This document shows, in pieces, positions 1-10,847 of a stretch of DNA of 64,000 bases. Made by a program: the position numbers and the translations under genes. The DNA is taken from contig NC_090376.1 in the NCBI RefSeq assembly GCF_036365525.1, positions 26,158,311-26,222,310 on the forward strand, read 5' to 3'. Under the pieces are notes generated by a model that was not told the DNA's origin, did not search any database, and saw only the letters and a list, made by a program, of their open reading frames with translations. How positions within the stretch are numbered: the first letter of the stretch is position 1; every line of letters starts with the position of its first letter. Source of the stretch: Heterodontus francisci (lineage: Eukaryota).

Positions 1-855
1 TGACATGTTTCCAATATCTGAATGCAAGAGTTTTCTTGGACTCATCAGAAATATTTGGTGCTTTGCGCAGATCCAGCTGAATGTAACAAGTTAGAAACAG
101 CAATATCTAAACAAACGCTTGTTTTGTGTGAATTACAAATTACATGCTTTATTCTCCTCTGAGGCAAAATGGTTTTCAAAATGCTCCATTGTGTTAGAGG
201 ATCCTTTTGAATTCAGCTTATTAGCATTTGTGGAGACAGATTCTCAAAGTGTTATTAGCATAGAGATTTGCTGTTGCTGAATTTCTGATATTGTGCTTGA
301 AACTTCAAATGCAAAATAGTTGCTGAGCAACATAAATGAGATTGCAAAGCAAAATGCTGTAAAGGCCAGTGGTGGAATTAATTAACTGATGTATTATAGT
401 TGTAAATATTATTTATAATGTTTTAAAGTAATCTGCAGAGGGGAAGTAGCACTTACACTCCCACAATACTCTAATAAAAGCACAATTTTAATTTCTCAAT
501 ATCCTGACAATTAGATCTTGAAGTTTAATTATTTCTAAGCATTTCTATATGTTAATTGTCTATGACATGGAACAATGTGTCCTCCTACTCAACAAGTGAT
601 TCACTGGTATATGTAAAAGATTACTCTCCATTGACTTCAGTAGAAAGTAAATTCAGGCAAGGTGTAAACCAGTGTTATACGTTATCCCAATGGGTAGATT
701 AGGTTAAAATCGCCCCCTTAAAGTCAGAGTGATCCATTAACAGAGGAAAGTTGTTTACTCAGAAAAATGTATCAGTTGATTGCTTAGTATTAATCAATTA
801 AGCAACAGATACATCAAATTCCAGGCAAAGATCTGATGTTGTATATTTTTGTGAT

Positions 856-2355
856 ACACAAGAACACAAGAAATAGGAGCAGCAGTAGACCATATGGCCC
901 ATCGAGCCTGCTCCGCCATTCAATATAAACATGGCTGATCATGGGCTTCAATTCCACTTTCCTGCCCACTCCCCATATCCCTTGATTCCCTGCGAGACCA
1001 AAAATCTATCTATCCCAGCCTTAAATGTATTCAATGATGGAGCACCCACAACCCTCTGAGGTAGAGCATTCCAAAGATTCACAACCCTTTGAGTGCAGTA
1101 ATTTCTCCTCATCTCAGTCCTGAATGATTGACCCCTTATCCTGAGACTGTATCCCCGTGTTCTAGATTCCCTGACCAGTGGGAACAATCGCTCAGCTTCT
1201 ACCCTACCAAGCCCTTTAAGAATCTTGTATGTCTCAATTAGATCGCCTGTCATTCTTCTAAACGCCAGAGAATATCGGCTCAATTTGCTCAGCCTCTCAT
1301 CATAGGTCAACCCCCTCATCACACGGACCAATTTAGTAAATCTTTGCTGCACCGCCTCTAGTGCAAGTATATAATTTCTTAAATGTGGAGATCAAAACTG
1401 CACACAATATTCCAGGTGCAGTCTCACTAAAGCCCGGTACAACTTTAGTAAGACTTCTTTATTCCTGTACTCCAATTCCCTTACAATAAAGGCCAACATG
1501 CCATTTGCCTTCCTAATAGCCTGCTGCACCTGCATGTTAACTTTGTGTGTTCCTTGTACGAGTACACCCAAGTGTCTCTGAACACTTATCAGTTTCACAC
1601 CTTTTAAAAAATATTCTGCTTTTCTATTGTTATGACCAAAGTGAACAACTTCACACTTCCCTACATTATATTCTATTTGCCATCTTGTTGCCCACTCACT
1701 TAACCCGTCTATATCTCTTTGCAGCCTCTTTATGTCCTCCCCGCAGCTTACCTTTCCACTGAGCTTTGTATCATCTGCAATCGTAGATACATTACTCTCT
1801 GTCTCTTCATCCAAGTCATTAATATAGAGTGTAAATAGCTGAGGCCCCGGCACTGATCCTTGCTGCACCCCACTATTTGCTGCCTGCCAACTTAAAAATG
1901 CCCCATTTATGCTCACTCCCTACTTCCTGTCTGTTAATCAATCCTTTATCCATGCTAATATATTACCCCAACACCATGAGCCCTTATCTTGCCTATTAAT
2001 CTTTTATGTGGCACCTTATCAAAAGCCTTTTGAAAATCCAGTTATACTACATCTACTAGTTCCCCTTTACCTACCCTACTAGTTACATCCTCAAAAAACT
2101 CTAATAAATTTGTCAAACAGGATCTCCCTTTAGTAAAACCATGCTAACTTGTTCTAAACATACTATGCTTTTCCAAGTGCAATGTTAAGACTTCCTTTAT
2201 AATAGTTTCCAGCATCTTTCCACCGACTGATGTTAGGTGAACTGGCCTGTTGTTCCCTATTTTCTCTCTACCTCCTTTCTTGAAAAGGGTGTAACATTTG
2301 CCAACTTCCAATCTGATGGGACCATTCCTGAATCTAAGGAATTCTGGAAAATCAT
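856..2355 (-). mobile_element. CR1 LINE, 5'-truncated (RT C-terminal half plus 3' tail)
   Basis: Track ORFs 1392-1916 and 948-1352 (GVQQGSVPGP, ADDTKL, HLEYCVQF, QRVVNLWNALP); ACACAAGA-type tail repeat. Confidence 0.93.
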
Positions 2356-2521
2356 CTTACATCTGCAATCATAGTATGTTTCAGTCAGCTATCATTGGTC
2401 AACTCTGATGCAAATATTTTTCCTGAAACAGTAGGTCAGGAAGGGGGCAAGCTAACCACTAAGTAAATTAAAAAGAAAAAAAACTACAAATACTGGAAGT
2501 CATTGTCATTTCAGACATGTA

Positions 2522-3228
2522 GGGCTAGATTTTACCTCAAGTAGATGGAAGCAGGCCACCGACGTAAAGGTTGGTGGCAAACCTGCTTCCGCCCAGTCCA
2601 GGAATCCGTTCTGCATTTTATGGGTCCCCAGGCTTTAATTGTTCCAAGGTGGGACTTCCACCTGCTTGAGGGAGGACGTCCCGCCTCATTGAGCTGCCAG
2701 CCAATCATCGGGCCAGCAGCTCTTAGTCCCAGCAGCGCCACCAGAAGTGGTGGTCACTCCTGGGACTGCAGCCCAACCGAGGACATGGAACCAGGACTGC
2801 GGAGAAGTTAGGGTTGCCTTGCCGGGGAAACTGGTCATGCCCCGGCGAGGCAAGGGTGGTCGTTTGGGGGGAAGAGGGCACCCTGTGCCCAATTGTCAGG
2901 CACCCCCCCCCCCCACCACGGTGCACTGAGAGGCCGCCAAGTATCACTAGGCGGCCTTTCACGTCTCCTGGACACCGACTTGCTACGGGTAAAATACCCA
3001 TGGAGGTGGGCAAAGGCCCTTAAGTGGCCGTTAAGTGGCCACTTAAGGACCTTGATTGGCCTGGGGTGGGCAGCCCGTTTATCGCCACCCAACCCCCCTA
3101 GCCCCGCGCCCACGTAAACTGGGGCGGAGGCGGGAGCGGGCCGGAAAGGCCTCCCGGAGTCTCTTGCTCAATTTTACACTACCCCTTCACCACCATCCGG
3201 CTCGTCGGGTGGTGTAAAATTTCAGCAG
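2522..3228. mobile_element. GC-rich non-autonomous DNA transposon (MITE, PIF/Harbinger-like TIRs)
   Basis: Imperfect TIRs GGGCTAGATTTTAC ... GTAAAATTTCAGC; sharp GC/CpG contrast with the flanks; no credible coding ORF. Confidence 0.7.
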
Positions 3229-4579
3229 AACTAGGTATCTCTTTCCTTTTTCTAACTTTTCCAGTTGTACCATTGCAATATTAGAAATGCTGGGTCGCCA
3301 CCATTTTGGGGCTTAACAGACATTTCCAGCAATCATATGGGCATGTGGAGCAAGCCCCCACTTCCCACTTAGAATAGGGAGGGGCTTTATTATATTAGGC
3401 TAATGACATATAGACACCATTATGATGTCTCTCACATATGGCTACAGCATTTCTATAGGATGCGCATTTGTATTTGATCAGCACTGAGGAACAAATGGAA
3501 GGTTTAAAGGGTCAGAAAGAAATATAATTGAGCGGTTTTGAGACCAGTGCAGACCCATTTATTCAAAATGTTGTTGTTTCCCCACCCCTTCCCTTCCCTT
3601 TTTGGTCATCTCCTGGTTATTGTGAGTTTTTGTGCCAATGGCTTTGAATTTTTTTTTGGCTCCAGTGCTGTTACTTGCATGAGTAAGTTTTCTAATGGGA
3701 ATCCCTCCATCTGAGGTTTTTATAATAGAAGAGGTGCCAGGAGACTGGTTCGCACAAGAGGTATTCTAGACCACCCATTAGTATCCATACACTTACATCT
3801 GCAATCAAAGGTGACTGGACCTTTTCTTAATAGATGATTAGTGCATATGGTAGTTCCAAATGTCAAGCTAGGTTATGACACCAGGCTCGATAGCACAGAT
3901 ACATGCCTGAAGAACTGTTCTACTAGTTTGTTTTTCAGAACCATTCATCACAGCATGTCATGTTATTGCATGAAAGAAGGCATGTCAAGGTGATCATCAG
4001 CCAGCACAGCTAGTTTGGCTGCATCTGCCAAGATGCACCAATCATATTTTCAAGCATCATCACACTTATTTGATAATGGCTGTAAGGAGGTGGTTTTCAA
4101 TGGTCTGGTTAACAGAGCTGTGCTACTCTGCTGTAAACACACCTATTTACTAACATCCACCATTGGGTTGGCACAGCCAGTGACAGTTGCCACCTTGAAC
4201 CTACCTGCAGCTTACTCTTTGGGTGTCACTTCTATCCCCTCTCCTTGAGCTTTGAGCTGCTAGTTGGTAGTAATGCCTTTTCACCCTTTCTAGAATATTT
4301 TAGAATGTTTTTCCAACCATTGTGACACTTTCGTTTAATTGTTCCAATTATTTAAAATCTTACAGTTTTCCACTCCCACCTCTAGTTTGGAACCTACCCC
4401 TACTGAGGGCCACACCTGGATCCATTAATAATTATTACAAATATGCTGACCCAGGAAATTTGAATGCTATTAGCTCTTTATTGTTCAGACAGGACTAGCA
4501 CCAGGTTTTTAGGATTTAGACATGATACATCAGTAAATAAAACTCACCCCCAATAATTGTACAGTAAATAGATTTTTTT

Positions 4580-4912
4580 TAGATTTAGAGATACAGCACT
4601 GAAACAGGCCCTTCGGCCCACCGAGTCTGTGCCAACCATTAACCACCCATTTATACTAATCCTACACTAATCCCATATTCCTACCACATCCTCACCTGTC
4701 CCTATATTCCCCTACCACCTACCTATACTAGGGGCAATTTATAATGGCCAATTTGCCTATCAACCTGCAAGTCTTTTGGCTGTGGGAGGAAACCGGAGCA
4801 CCCGGAGGAAACCCACGCAGACACAGGGAGAACTTGCAAACTCCACAGAATTGAACCCGGGTCACTGGAGCTGTGAGGCTGCGGTGCTAACCACTGCGCC
4901 ACTGTGCCGCCC
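4580..4912 (-). mobile_element. tRNA-derived V-SINE (HE1-like) with CR1-type tail
   Basis: Minus strand reads GGGCGGCACAGTGGCGCAGTGGTTAGC (A box) ... GGTTCAATTC (B box), then V-domain GTCTGCGTGGGTTTCCTCCGGGTGCTCCGGTTTCCTCCCAC. Six copies in the window. Confidence 0.92.
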
Positions 4913-5231
4913 ATAACATTTGTGAAAACCAAAACAGAACTTGTTATAAATGGAAACTTGGTATCACTTCAACTTCAAGAGACAAAATCTACCAATATGG
5001 AATGATACAGTTCCATTAACATCACATAAAATAAAAGAATGGATACCTTAGGATGATTTTGAAACTTTAAGCTTATTTTGAATTCAAGCAAATGGTTTGT
5101 ATGGGCCCCTTGATCATATTACCAAAATGTCATTCTTCAATATAGGGGAAAGATAAAATATGGTATATTTCTAGCTTGTTAATGTACTAGTTTGCTGTAT
5201 TTATGTATATTGAAATGAAACAATATCTAAT

Positions 5232-6142
5232 AACAAACAAACAAAGAACAGTACAGCACAGGAACAGGCCATTCAGCCCTCCAAGCCTGCGCCAATCTTG
5301 ATGCCTGCCTAAACTAACACCTTCTGCACTTCCGGGGCCCATATCCCTCTATTCCCTTCCTATTCATATATTTGTCAAGATGTCTCTTAAACGTCGCTAT
5401 CGTATCTGCTTCCACCACCTCCCCTGGCAGCAAGTTCCAGGCACTTACCACCCTCTGTGTAAAAAATTTGCCTCGCACATCCCCTCTAAACTTTGCCCCT
5501 CGCACCTTAAACATATGTCCCCTAGTAACTGACTTTTCCACCCTGGGAAAAAGCTTCTGACCATCCACTCTGTCCATGCCGCTCATAACTTTGTAAACCT
5601 CTATCATGTTGCCCCTCCACCTCCATCGTTCCAGTGAAAACAATCCGAGTTTTTCCAACCTCTCCTCATAGTTTATGCCCTCCAGACCAAGCAACATCCT
5701 GGTAAACCTCCTCTGTACCCTCTCGAAAGCCTCCACGTCCTTCTGGTAGTGTGGCGACCAGAATTGCACGCAATATTCTAAGTGTGGCCTAACTAAGGTT
5801 CTGTACAGCTGCAACATGACTTGCCAATTTTTATACTCTATGCCCTGACCGATGAAGGCAAGCATGCCGTATGCCTTCTTGACTATCGTATCCACCTGCG
5901 TTGTCACTTTTAGTGACCTGTGGACCTGTACGCCCAGATCTCTCTGCCTGTCAATACCCCTAAGGGTTCTGCCATTTACTGTATACCTCCCACCTGCATT
6001 AGACCTTCCAAAATGCATTACCTCACATTTGTCCCTATTAAACTCCATCTGCCATTTCTCTGCCCAAGTCTCCAACCGATCTATATCCTGCTGTATCCTC
6101 TGACAATCCTCAGCATTATCCGCAACTCCACCAACCTTTGGT
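5232..6142 (-). mobile_element. CR1 LINE 3' fragment, same subfamily as 54442-58430
   Basis: Open ORF2 C-terminus (WAEKWQMEFN, RPHLEYCVQFWSP, FFTQRVV); (AAAC)n tail; 3'UTR nearly identical to 54442 onward. Confidence 0.95.
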
Positions 6143-6199
6143 ACATTATCTGAAGTCACTGTTGTAATGTAGGAATTATAACGAACAACTTTTATCTCA

Positions 6200-6513
6200 T
6201 TTACCCTGTTTTTCCCTCTATCTCCTTCCCCCGCCTTCACGTTGTCTCTTCAGAGTCCAGCAGACTATTGGATTTGCCAATGGTTCTCTCCCAGTCATGG
6301 AAGTGGGACCATCCCAGAATCCAGTTGGAGCGTGCAAGCCCTCTATTAAACCTACAGGAACCTTGTTGAGCGGCACCTCCGTGTTGTAGATGGCGCTGTG
6401 AGGGAGAGGCAGGGAAAATATCCACCCGATGTTACCCAGAAGTTCCTCTCCCATTGCAATGACAAACAGTGCATGAGGGTTTGGGCCGAAGGGAGGTAGC
6501 TTAAAGTGATCAG
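6200..6513. promoter_or_regulatory. Putative bidirectional housekeeping promoter and non-coding exon 1 of LIPT1
   Basis: Opposed CCAAT boxes (ATTGG 6267-6271, CCAAT 6277-6281), ZNF143-like TCCCAG cores near 6289 and 6312, YY1-like AGATGGCG at 6388-6395, raised CpG. Plus-strand donor CAG|GTGAGT at 6513/6514; candidate minus-strand donor AGG|GTAAAT at 6205/6204. Confidence 0.65.
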
Positions 6514-6611
6514 GTGAGTCAATGCTTCGGACATTCAGATTGCAGGAGCGAGTGCTCCCTATCGTCACTCATGCATTACATTTAGTTTTATCGTTAGTTT
6601 GTATTTTGCAG
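6514..6611 (+). other. 98-nt 5'UTR intron of LIPT1
   Basis: Consensus donor GTGAGT and T-rich tract ending TTTTGCAG just before the ATG. Confidence 0.75.
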
Positions 6612-6618
6612 CGACGCG

Positions 6619-7749
6619 ATGCCCTTACTGAATGGTGGATTCCGGGCAGTGTGGAGAGCGCTTTCCCCTGCTCGCTACACCACTCTGGCCGCTTTGGATG
6701 AGCCCCGGGGCGGCGGTGCCCTGCTCCTGCAGTCCGTGTCCACTGATGTTTACGAGAACCTAGCGCTGGAGGACTGGTTACATGAGTACGTGCAGCGCCA
6801 GGACCGGGAGGTGCTTCTGCTGTGGAGGAATTGCCCAGCTGTGGTGATCGGTCGCCACCAGAACCCCTGGCAGGAATGCAACCTGAAACTCATGAGGGAC
6901 CAAGGAGTCCAACTGAGCCGGAGGAGGAGCGGGGGAGGCACCGTGTACCATGACCTGGGCAACATCAACCTGACCTTCTTCACCTCCAAGAAGAGGTACG
7001 ACAGACGTGGCAACTTGGAGCTGGTTATCTCTGCCCTGAAGAAGATCCGACCCCACCTGGATATCTTGGCCACAGACAGGTACGACCTGCTGCTCAACGG
7101 TGTCTTTAAGATCTCAGGCACTGCCTCCAAGATTGGGAGGACCTCTGCTTACCACCATTGCACCTTGCTTTGCAACTCAGACAGGTCTCTGTTGTCCTCT
7201 GTGCTCCACTCTCCACACCAAGGTCTAAAAAGCAACGCTACCCCTAGTATACCTGCCACTGTGAAAAACCTCTGTGAAGAGGATCCCACTCTCACTTGTG
7301 ACATATTGATGGATGCCATTGCAGCGGAGTATGCAAGGTGCCACAGTCTCCAAAGCCAACCCAGACTCATAGACCCTAAATACAATTTGATGTTACCAGG
7401 AATTGACAAATTTACCCAGGAACTTAAAAGCTGGGACTGGATCTATGGAAGAACGCCCAAGTTCAGTATCAGCCACTCTTTCTCCGTGGACCATAATTTA
7501 TCCGGGGCAGAAGTTAAATTGAACATGTGCATCAATCGTGGCACAATTGAAAGCTGCAATATTGAAGTGTTTACTGATAGGCTACCATCTGCAATGTGTG
7601 ACCAATTAGCTTCAGACCTTATTGGCAACAGGTTTTGCCCGACTGAAACAATGGTTTTGGCAAATGCCCATTTAAGGGTTTGTCCCCAGGACAATGAGCT
7701 GCATAACAAATGGAATGCTCTTTGTGAGCAAGTTAAGGGAATTATGTAA
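6619..7749 (+). CDS. LIPT1: Lipoyltransferase 1, mitochondrial (376 aa, single coding exon)
   Basis: Intact ORF with lipoate-ligase family motifs VVIGRHQNPWQEC, RRRSGGGTVYHD, KISGTA, HHCTLL and WDWIYGRTPKF. C-terminus KWNALCEQVKGIM matches vertebrate LIPT1. Arg-containing N-terminus is presequence-like. Acceptor ttttgcag ends at 6611, 7 nt before the ATG. Confidence 0.97.
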   Translation: MPLLNGGFRAVWRALSPARYTTLAALDEPRGGGALLLQSVSTDVYENLALEDWLHEYVQRQDREVLLLWRNCPAVVIGRHQNPWQECNLKLMRDQGVQLSRRRSGGGTVYHDLGNINLTFFTSKKRYDRRGNLELVISALKKIRPHLDILATDRYDLLLNGVFKISGTASKIGRTSAYHHCTLLCNSDRSLLSSVLHSPHQGLKSNATPSIPATVKNLCEEDPTLTCDILMDAIAAEYARCHSLQSQPRLIDPKYNLMLPGIDKFTQELKSWDWIYGRTPKFSISHSFSVDHNLSGAEVKLNMCINRGTIESCNIEVFTDRLPSAMCDQLASDLIGNRFCPTETMVLANAHLRVCPQDNELHNKWNALCEQVKGIM

Positions 7750-8197
7750 TTTTTAGTTCCTGTTGATTTTTTTATGTCAATGCACCCTGACAAACTTGAA
7801 TTTAGTGCTGCTGAACCTACCAACTGGTAGCTTGAATCAAGCCAAAATACATCTAGTTTTGTTTTGTGCAACTTTTATTCAAAGATGAGTTTTATAAAAA
7901 CTTTTTTCTTATAACCTACTGTGCCACATTCATAAAAACTGCAAAAAAGGCCCAGGCAGCATGAAGTAGTTATTTTCTATAGGGAATATGGAAATATAAA
8001 GGGTCTGTATGGGGATGGGCTTGATTCAAAATAATGTAATTGTTATCCATTAGGAATATTTGAAGTCATCAGTTATATACTCAAATATTTGTGTAAAAAT
8101 ATAGTGTGCAAGTGTAATTTATTTTTATTGTAGTTTCTGGAAAGTGGTTCAAGAAGGCAGCTCACCACCACCTTCTCAAGGATAATTAAGGATGCAC

Positions 8198-8203
8198 AAT
8201 AAA
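8198..8203 (+). terminator. Candidate LIPT1 poly(A) signal inside a LINE 3' tail fragment
   Basis: First AATAAA after the LIPT1 stop; GT-rich tract at 8233-8256. Confidence 0.45.
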
Positions 8204-8992
8204 TGCCAGTGACACTCTCATCCCATGAACACGTGGTGGGGGTCAATGTGTATTGTACCCCTGTAGAGGTAGAGTGTCTAATTTTAAATTAAAAACAGAA
8301 AATACTGAAGTAACACTGACCCACTTACTACATATTTCCAGCAGCATTGTCTTTTTCTATTAACGATTGCCATCATCTGTATTTGTTAAAATCTTACTGT
8401 TGGCTTTGGATTGTTTTATGCCACGGTAATGATTAAAGACTGAGAAATTAGATCTGAAAGCAGCTGTATTATTTCTAAAGCATTATACAGAACAGAGGAA
8501 AGGCAGTTGGTGCTGAGTAGGAGGCTGATAAAGGAAAATAGAGTAGTTAACGGAGTGGAAAGCAATTTTTGGGGAAAAACTGCAGTTAAAAGATTCAAAA
8601 CAGAGCTTGGGTATTCTGTAGCGAGTGACTCATCTCCCGACTCCCCAAAGCCTTCACACCATCTACAAGGCACAAGTCAGGAGTGTGATGGAATATCCTC
8701 CACTTGCCTGGATGAGTGCAGTTCTTACAACACTCTAAGCTCGACACCAACCAGGAAAAAATAACCTGCACGATGGACAACCCTCCACCACCTTAAATGT
8801 TCACTCCCTCCACCACTGGTGCATTGTGGCTGCAGTGTGTACCATCTATAAGATGCACTGCAGCAATTCACCAAGGTTTCTTCGACAGCATTTTCCAGAC
8901 CCGTGACCTTTACCACCAAGAAGAACAAGGGTAGCAGCGCACGGGAACACCACCATCTTCAAGTTTCCCTGCAAGTCACACACCATCCTGAT

Positions 8993-10512
8993 TTCACAGA
9001 ATCACAGAAATGTTACAGTGCAGAAAGAGGCCAGTCGGCCCATCATGTCCACACTGGCTCTCTGAAAGAGCAATTCCCTCAGTTCCATTCCCCCGCCTTC
9101 TCCCCGTAACCCTGCACGTTCTTCCTCATATAACAATCTAATTCCCTTTTCAATGCTTCAATTGAACCTGCCTCCACCACTCTCTCAGGCAGCACATTCC
9201 AAATCTTAACCATTTGCTGCGTGAAAAAGTTTTTCCTCATGTCATTTTTGCTTCTCTTACCAAGTACTTTAAATTTGTGCCCTCTCGTTCTCGATCCTTT
9301 CACGATTGGGAACAGTTTCTCTCTATCTACTCTGTCCAGACCTCTCATGATTTTGAATATCTCTATCAAATCACCTCTCCGCCTTCTCCAAGGAAAACTG
9401 TCCTAATTTCTCCAATCTATCTTCATAACTGGAGTTCCTCATCCCTGGAACCATTCTCGTGAATCTTTTCTGTACTCTCTCCAATGCCCTCACATCTTTC
9501 CTAAAGTGCGGCGCCCAGAATTGGACGCAATACTCCAGCTGAGGCCGAGCTAGTGTCTCGTACAAGAAGTTCAACACAACCTCCTTGCTCTTGTACTCTA
9601 TGCCCCTATTAATAAAGCCTAGGAAACTGTATGCTTTATTAACCGGTCTCTCAACCTGTCCTGCTACCTTCAATGACTTATGCATATATACACCCAGGTT
9701 CCTCTGCTCCTGCACCCCCTTTGGTATTGTACCCTTTGTTCCATATTGTCTCTCCATGTTCTTCCTACCAAAATGAATCACTTCACATTTCTCTGCATTG
9801 AACTTCATCTGCCACAGTCCACCAACTTGTCTATGTCCTTTTGAAGTTCTACACTATCCTCCTCACAGTTCACAATCCTTCCAAGTTTCGTATCATCTGC
9901 AAACTTTGAAATTGTACACCAAGGTCTATGTCATCAATCTTCTTCTTTGGCCTCCTTATCTCGAGAGACAATGGGTAAGCGCCTGGAGGTGGTCAGTGGT
10001 GTGTGGAGCAGCGCCTGGAGTGGCTATAAAGGCCAATTCTAGAGTGACAGGCTCTTCCACAGGTGCTGCAGAAAAATGTGTTTGTCGGGGCTGTTACACA
10101 GTTGGCTCTCCCCTTGCGCCTCTCTTTTTTCCTGCCAACTACTAAATCTCTTCGACTCGCCACACTTTAGCCCCGCCTTTATGGCTGCCCGCCAGCTCTG
10201 GCGAACGCTGGCAACTGACTCCCACGACTTGTGATCAATGTCACAGGATTTCATGTCGCGTTTGCAGGCGTCTTTAAAGCGGAGACATGGACGGCCGGTG
10301 GGTCTGATACCAGTGGCGAGCTCGCTGTACAATGTGTATTTGGGGATCCTGCCATCTTCCATGCGGCTCACATGGCTAAGCCATCTCAAGCGCCGCTTGA
10401 GATCAATATATATCAGGAAAAGCAAGGGTCCCAATGCTGACCCCTGAGGAACTGCACTACAAACCTTCCTCCAACCCGTAAAAACATCCATTAACCACTA
10501 CTCTTTGTTTCC
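8993..10512 (-). mobile_element. CR1 LINE fragment, nested and itself interrupted by an RTE
   Basis: ORFs 9079-9369 and 9371-9808; VPQGSALGPLLF at 10402-10512; TCACAGAA tail repeat. Confidence 0.92.
9939..10401 (-). mobile_element. RTE-clade LINE 3' fragment
   Basis: RLRWLSHVSRMEDGRIPK...LYSEL...GRP motif; (GAA)n tail; ATCAAT on both sides. Confidence 0.9.
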
Positions 10513-10769
10513 TAGAAATATATTGCCGCTCCTTCACTATCACTGAGTCAAAATCCTGAAACTCCCTCCCTAACAGCACTATGGGAATACTCTCACCACC
10601 CGGACTGCAGCAATTCAAGAAGGCGGCTCACCACCACCGTCTCCAGGGGAATTAGGGATGGGCAATAAATGCTGGCTTAGCCAACGATGCCCGTATCCTG
10701 TGAATGACTAAGAAAAAACATGTGACAAAATTCCTGTACAACAGGTTTGTTTTCAAATGATACAGGCCG

Positions 10770-10847
10770 AAATGCATTCTGGGGGTAATAAAACCACATT
10801 TCCCAGAATGCTATGTGCTGTACAACCTTTTAGATTTGAAGGTAAGG
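10770..10847. promoter_or_regulatory. Inverted pair of ZNF143/Staf-like sites plus splice donor; candidate KCTD21 promoter
   Basis: GCATTCTGGG at 10774-10783 and its reverse complement CCCAGAATGC at 10802-10811 (ACCACATTTCCCAGAATGC); AAG|GTAAGG at 10841/10842. Confidence 0.5.

Larger units (their letters stand above)
8600..10718 (+). mobile_element. CR1-related (Crack/Zenon-like) LINE 3' portion, split into 8600-8992 and 10513-10718 by nested insertions
   Basis: Collinear with 63630-64000 (CATCTACAAGGCACAAGTCAGGAGTGTGATGGAATA); resumes after the nested CR1 and ends in a GGGCAATAAATGCTGG tail. Confidence 0.85.

Noticed and set aside
2532-3117. Cluster of overlapping short ORFs
   Set aside because: Expected from the high GC content of the MITE; low-complexity products.
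4860-4912. tRNA-like sequence (also in other copies)
   Set aside because: SINE head with A/B boxes; no full cloverleaf, and it continues into the V-domain.
5314-6240. 308-aa minus-strand ORF reaching into the promoter, as a possible domesticated gene
   Set aside because: It is the CR1 ORF2 C-terminus plus chance open flank; it starts at GTG and lacks the RT active site.
6750-7871. Antisense ORFs over LIPT1
   Set aside because: Shadow frames of a real CDS with no recognisable motifs.
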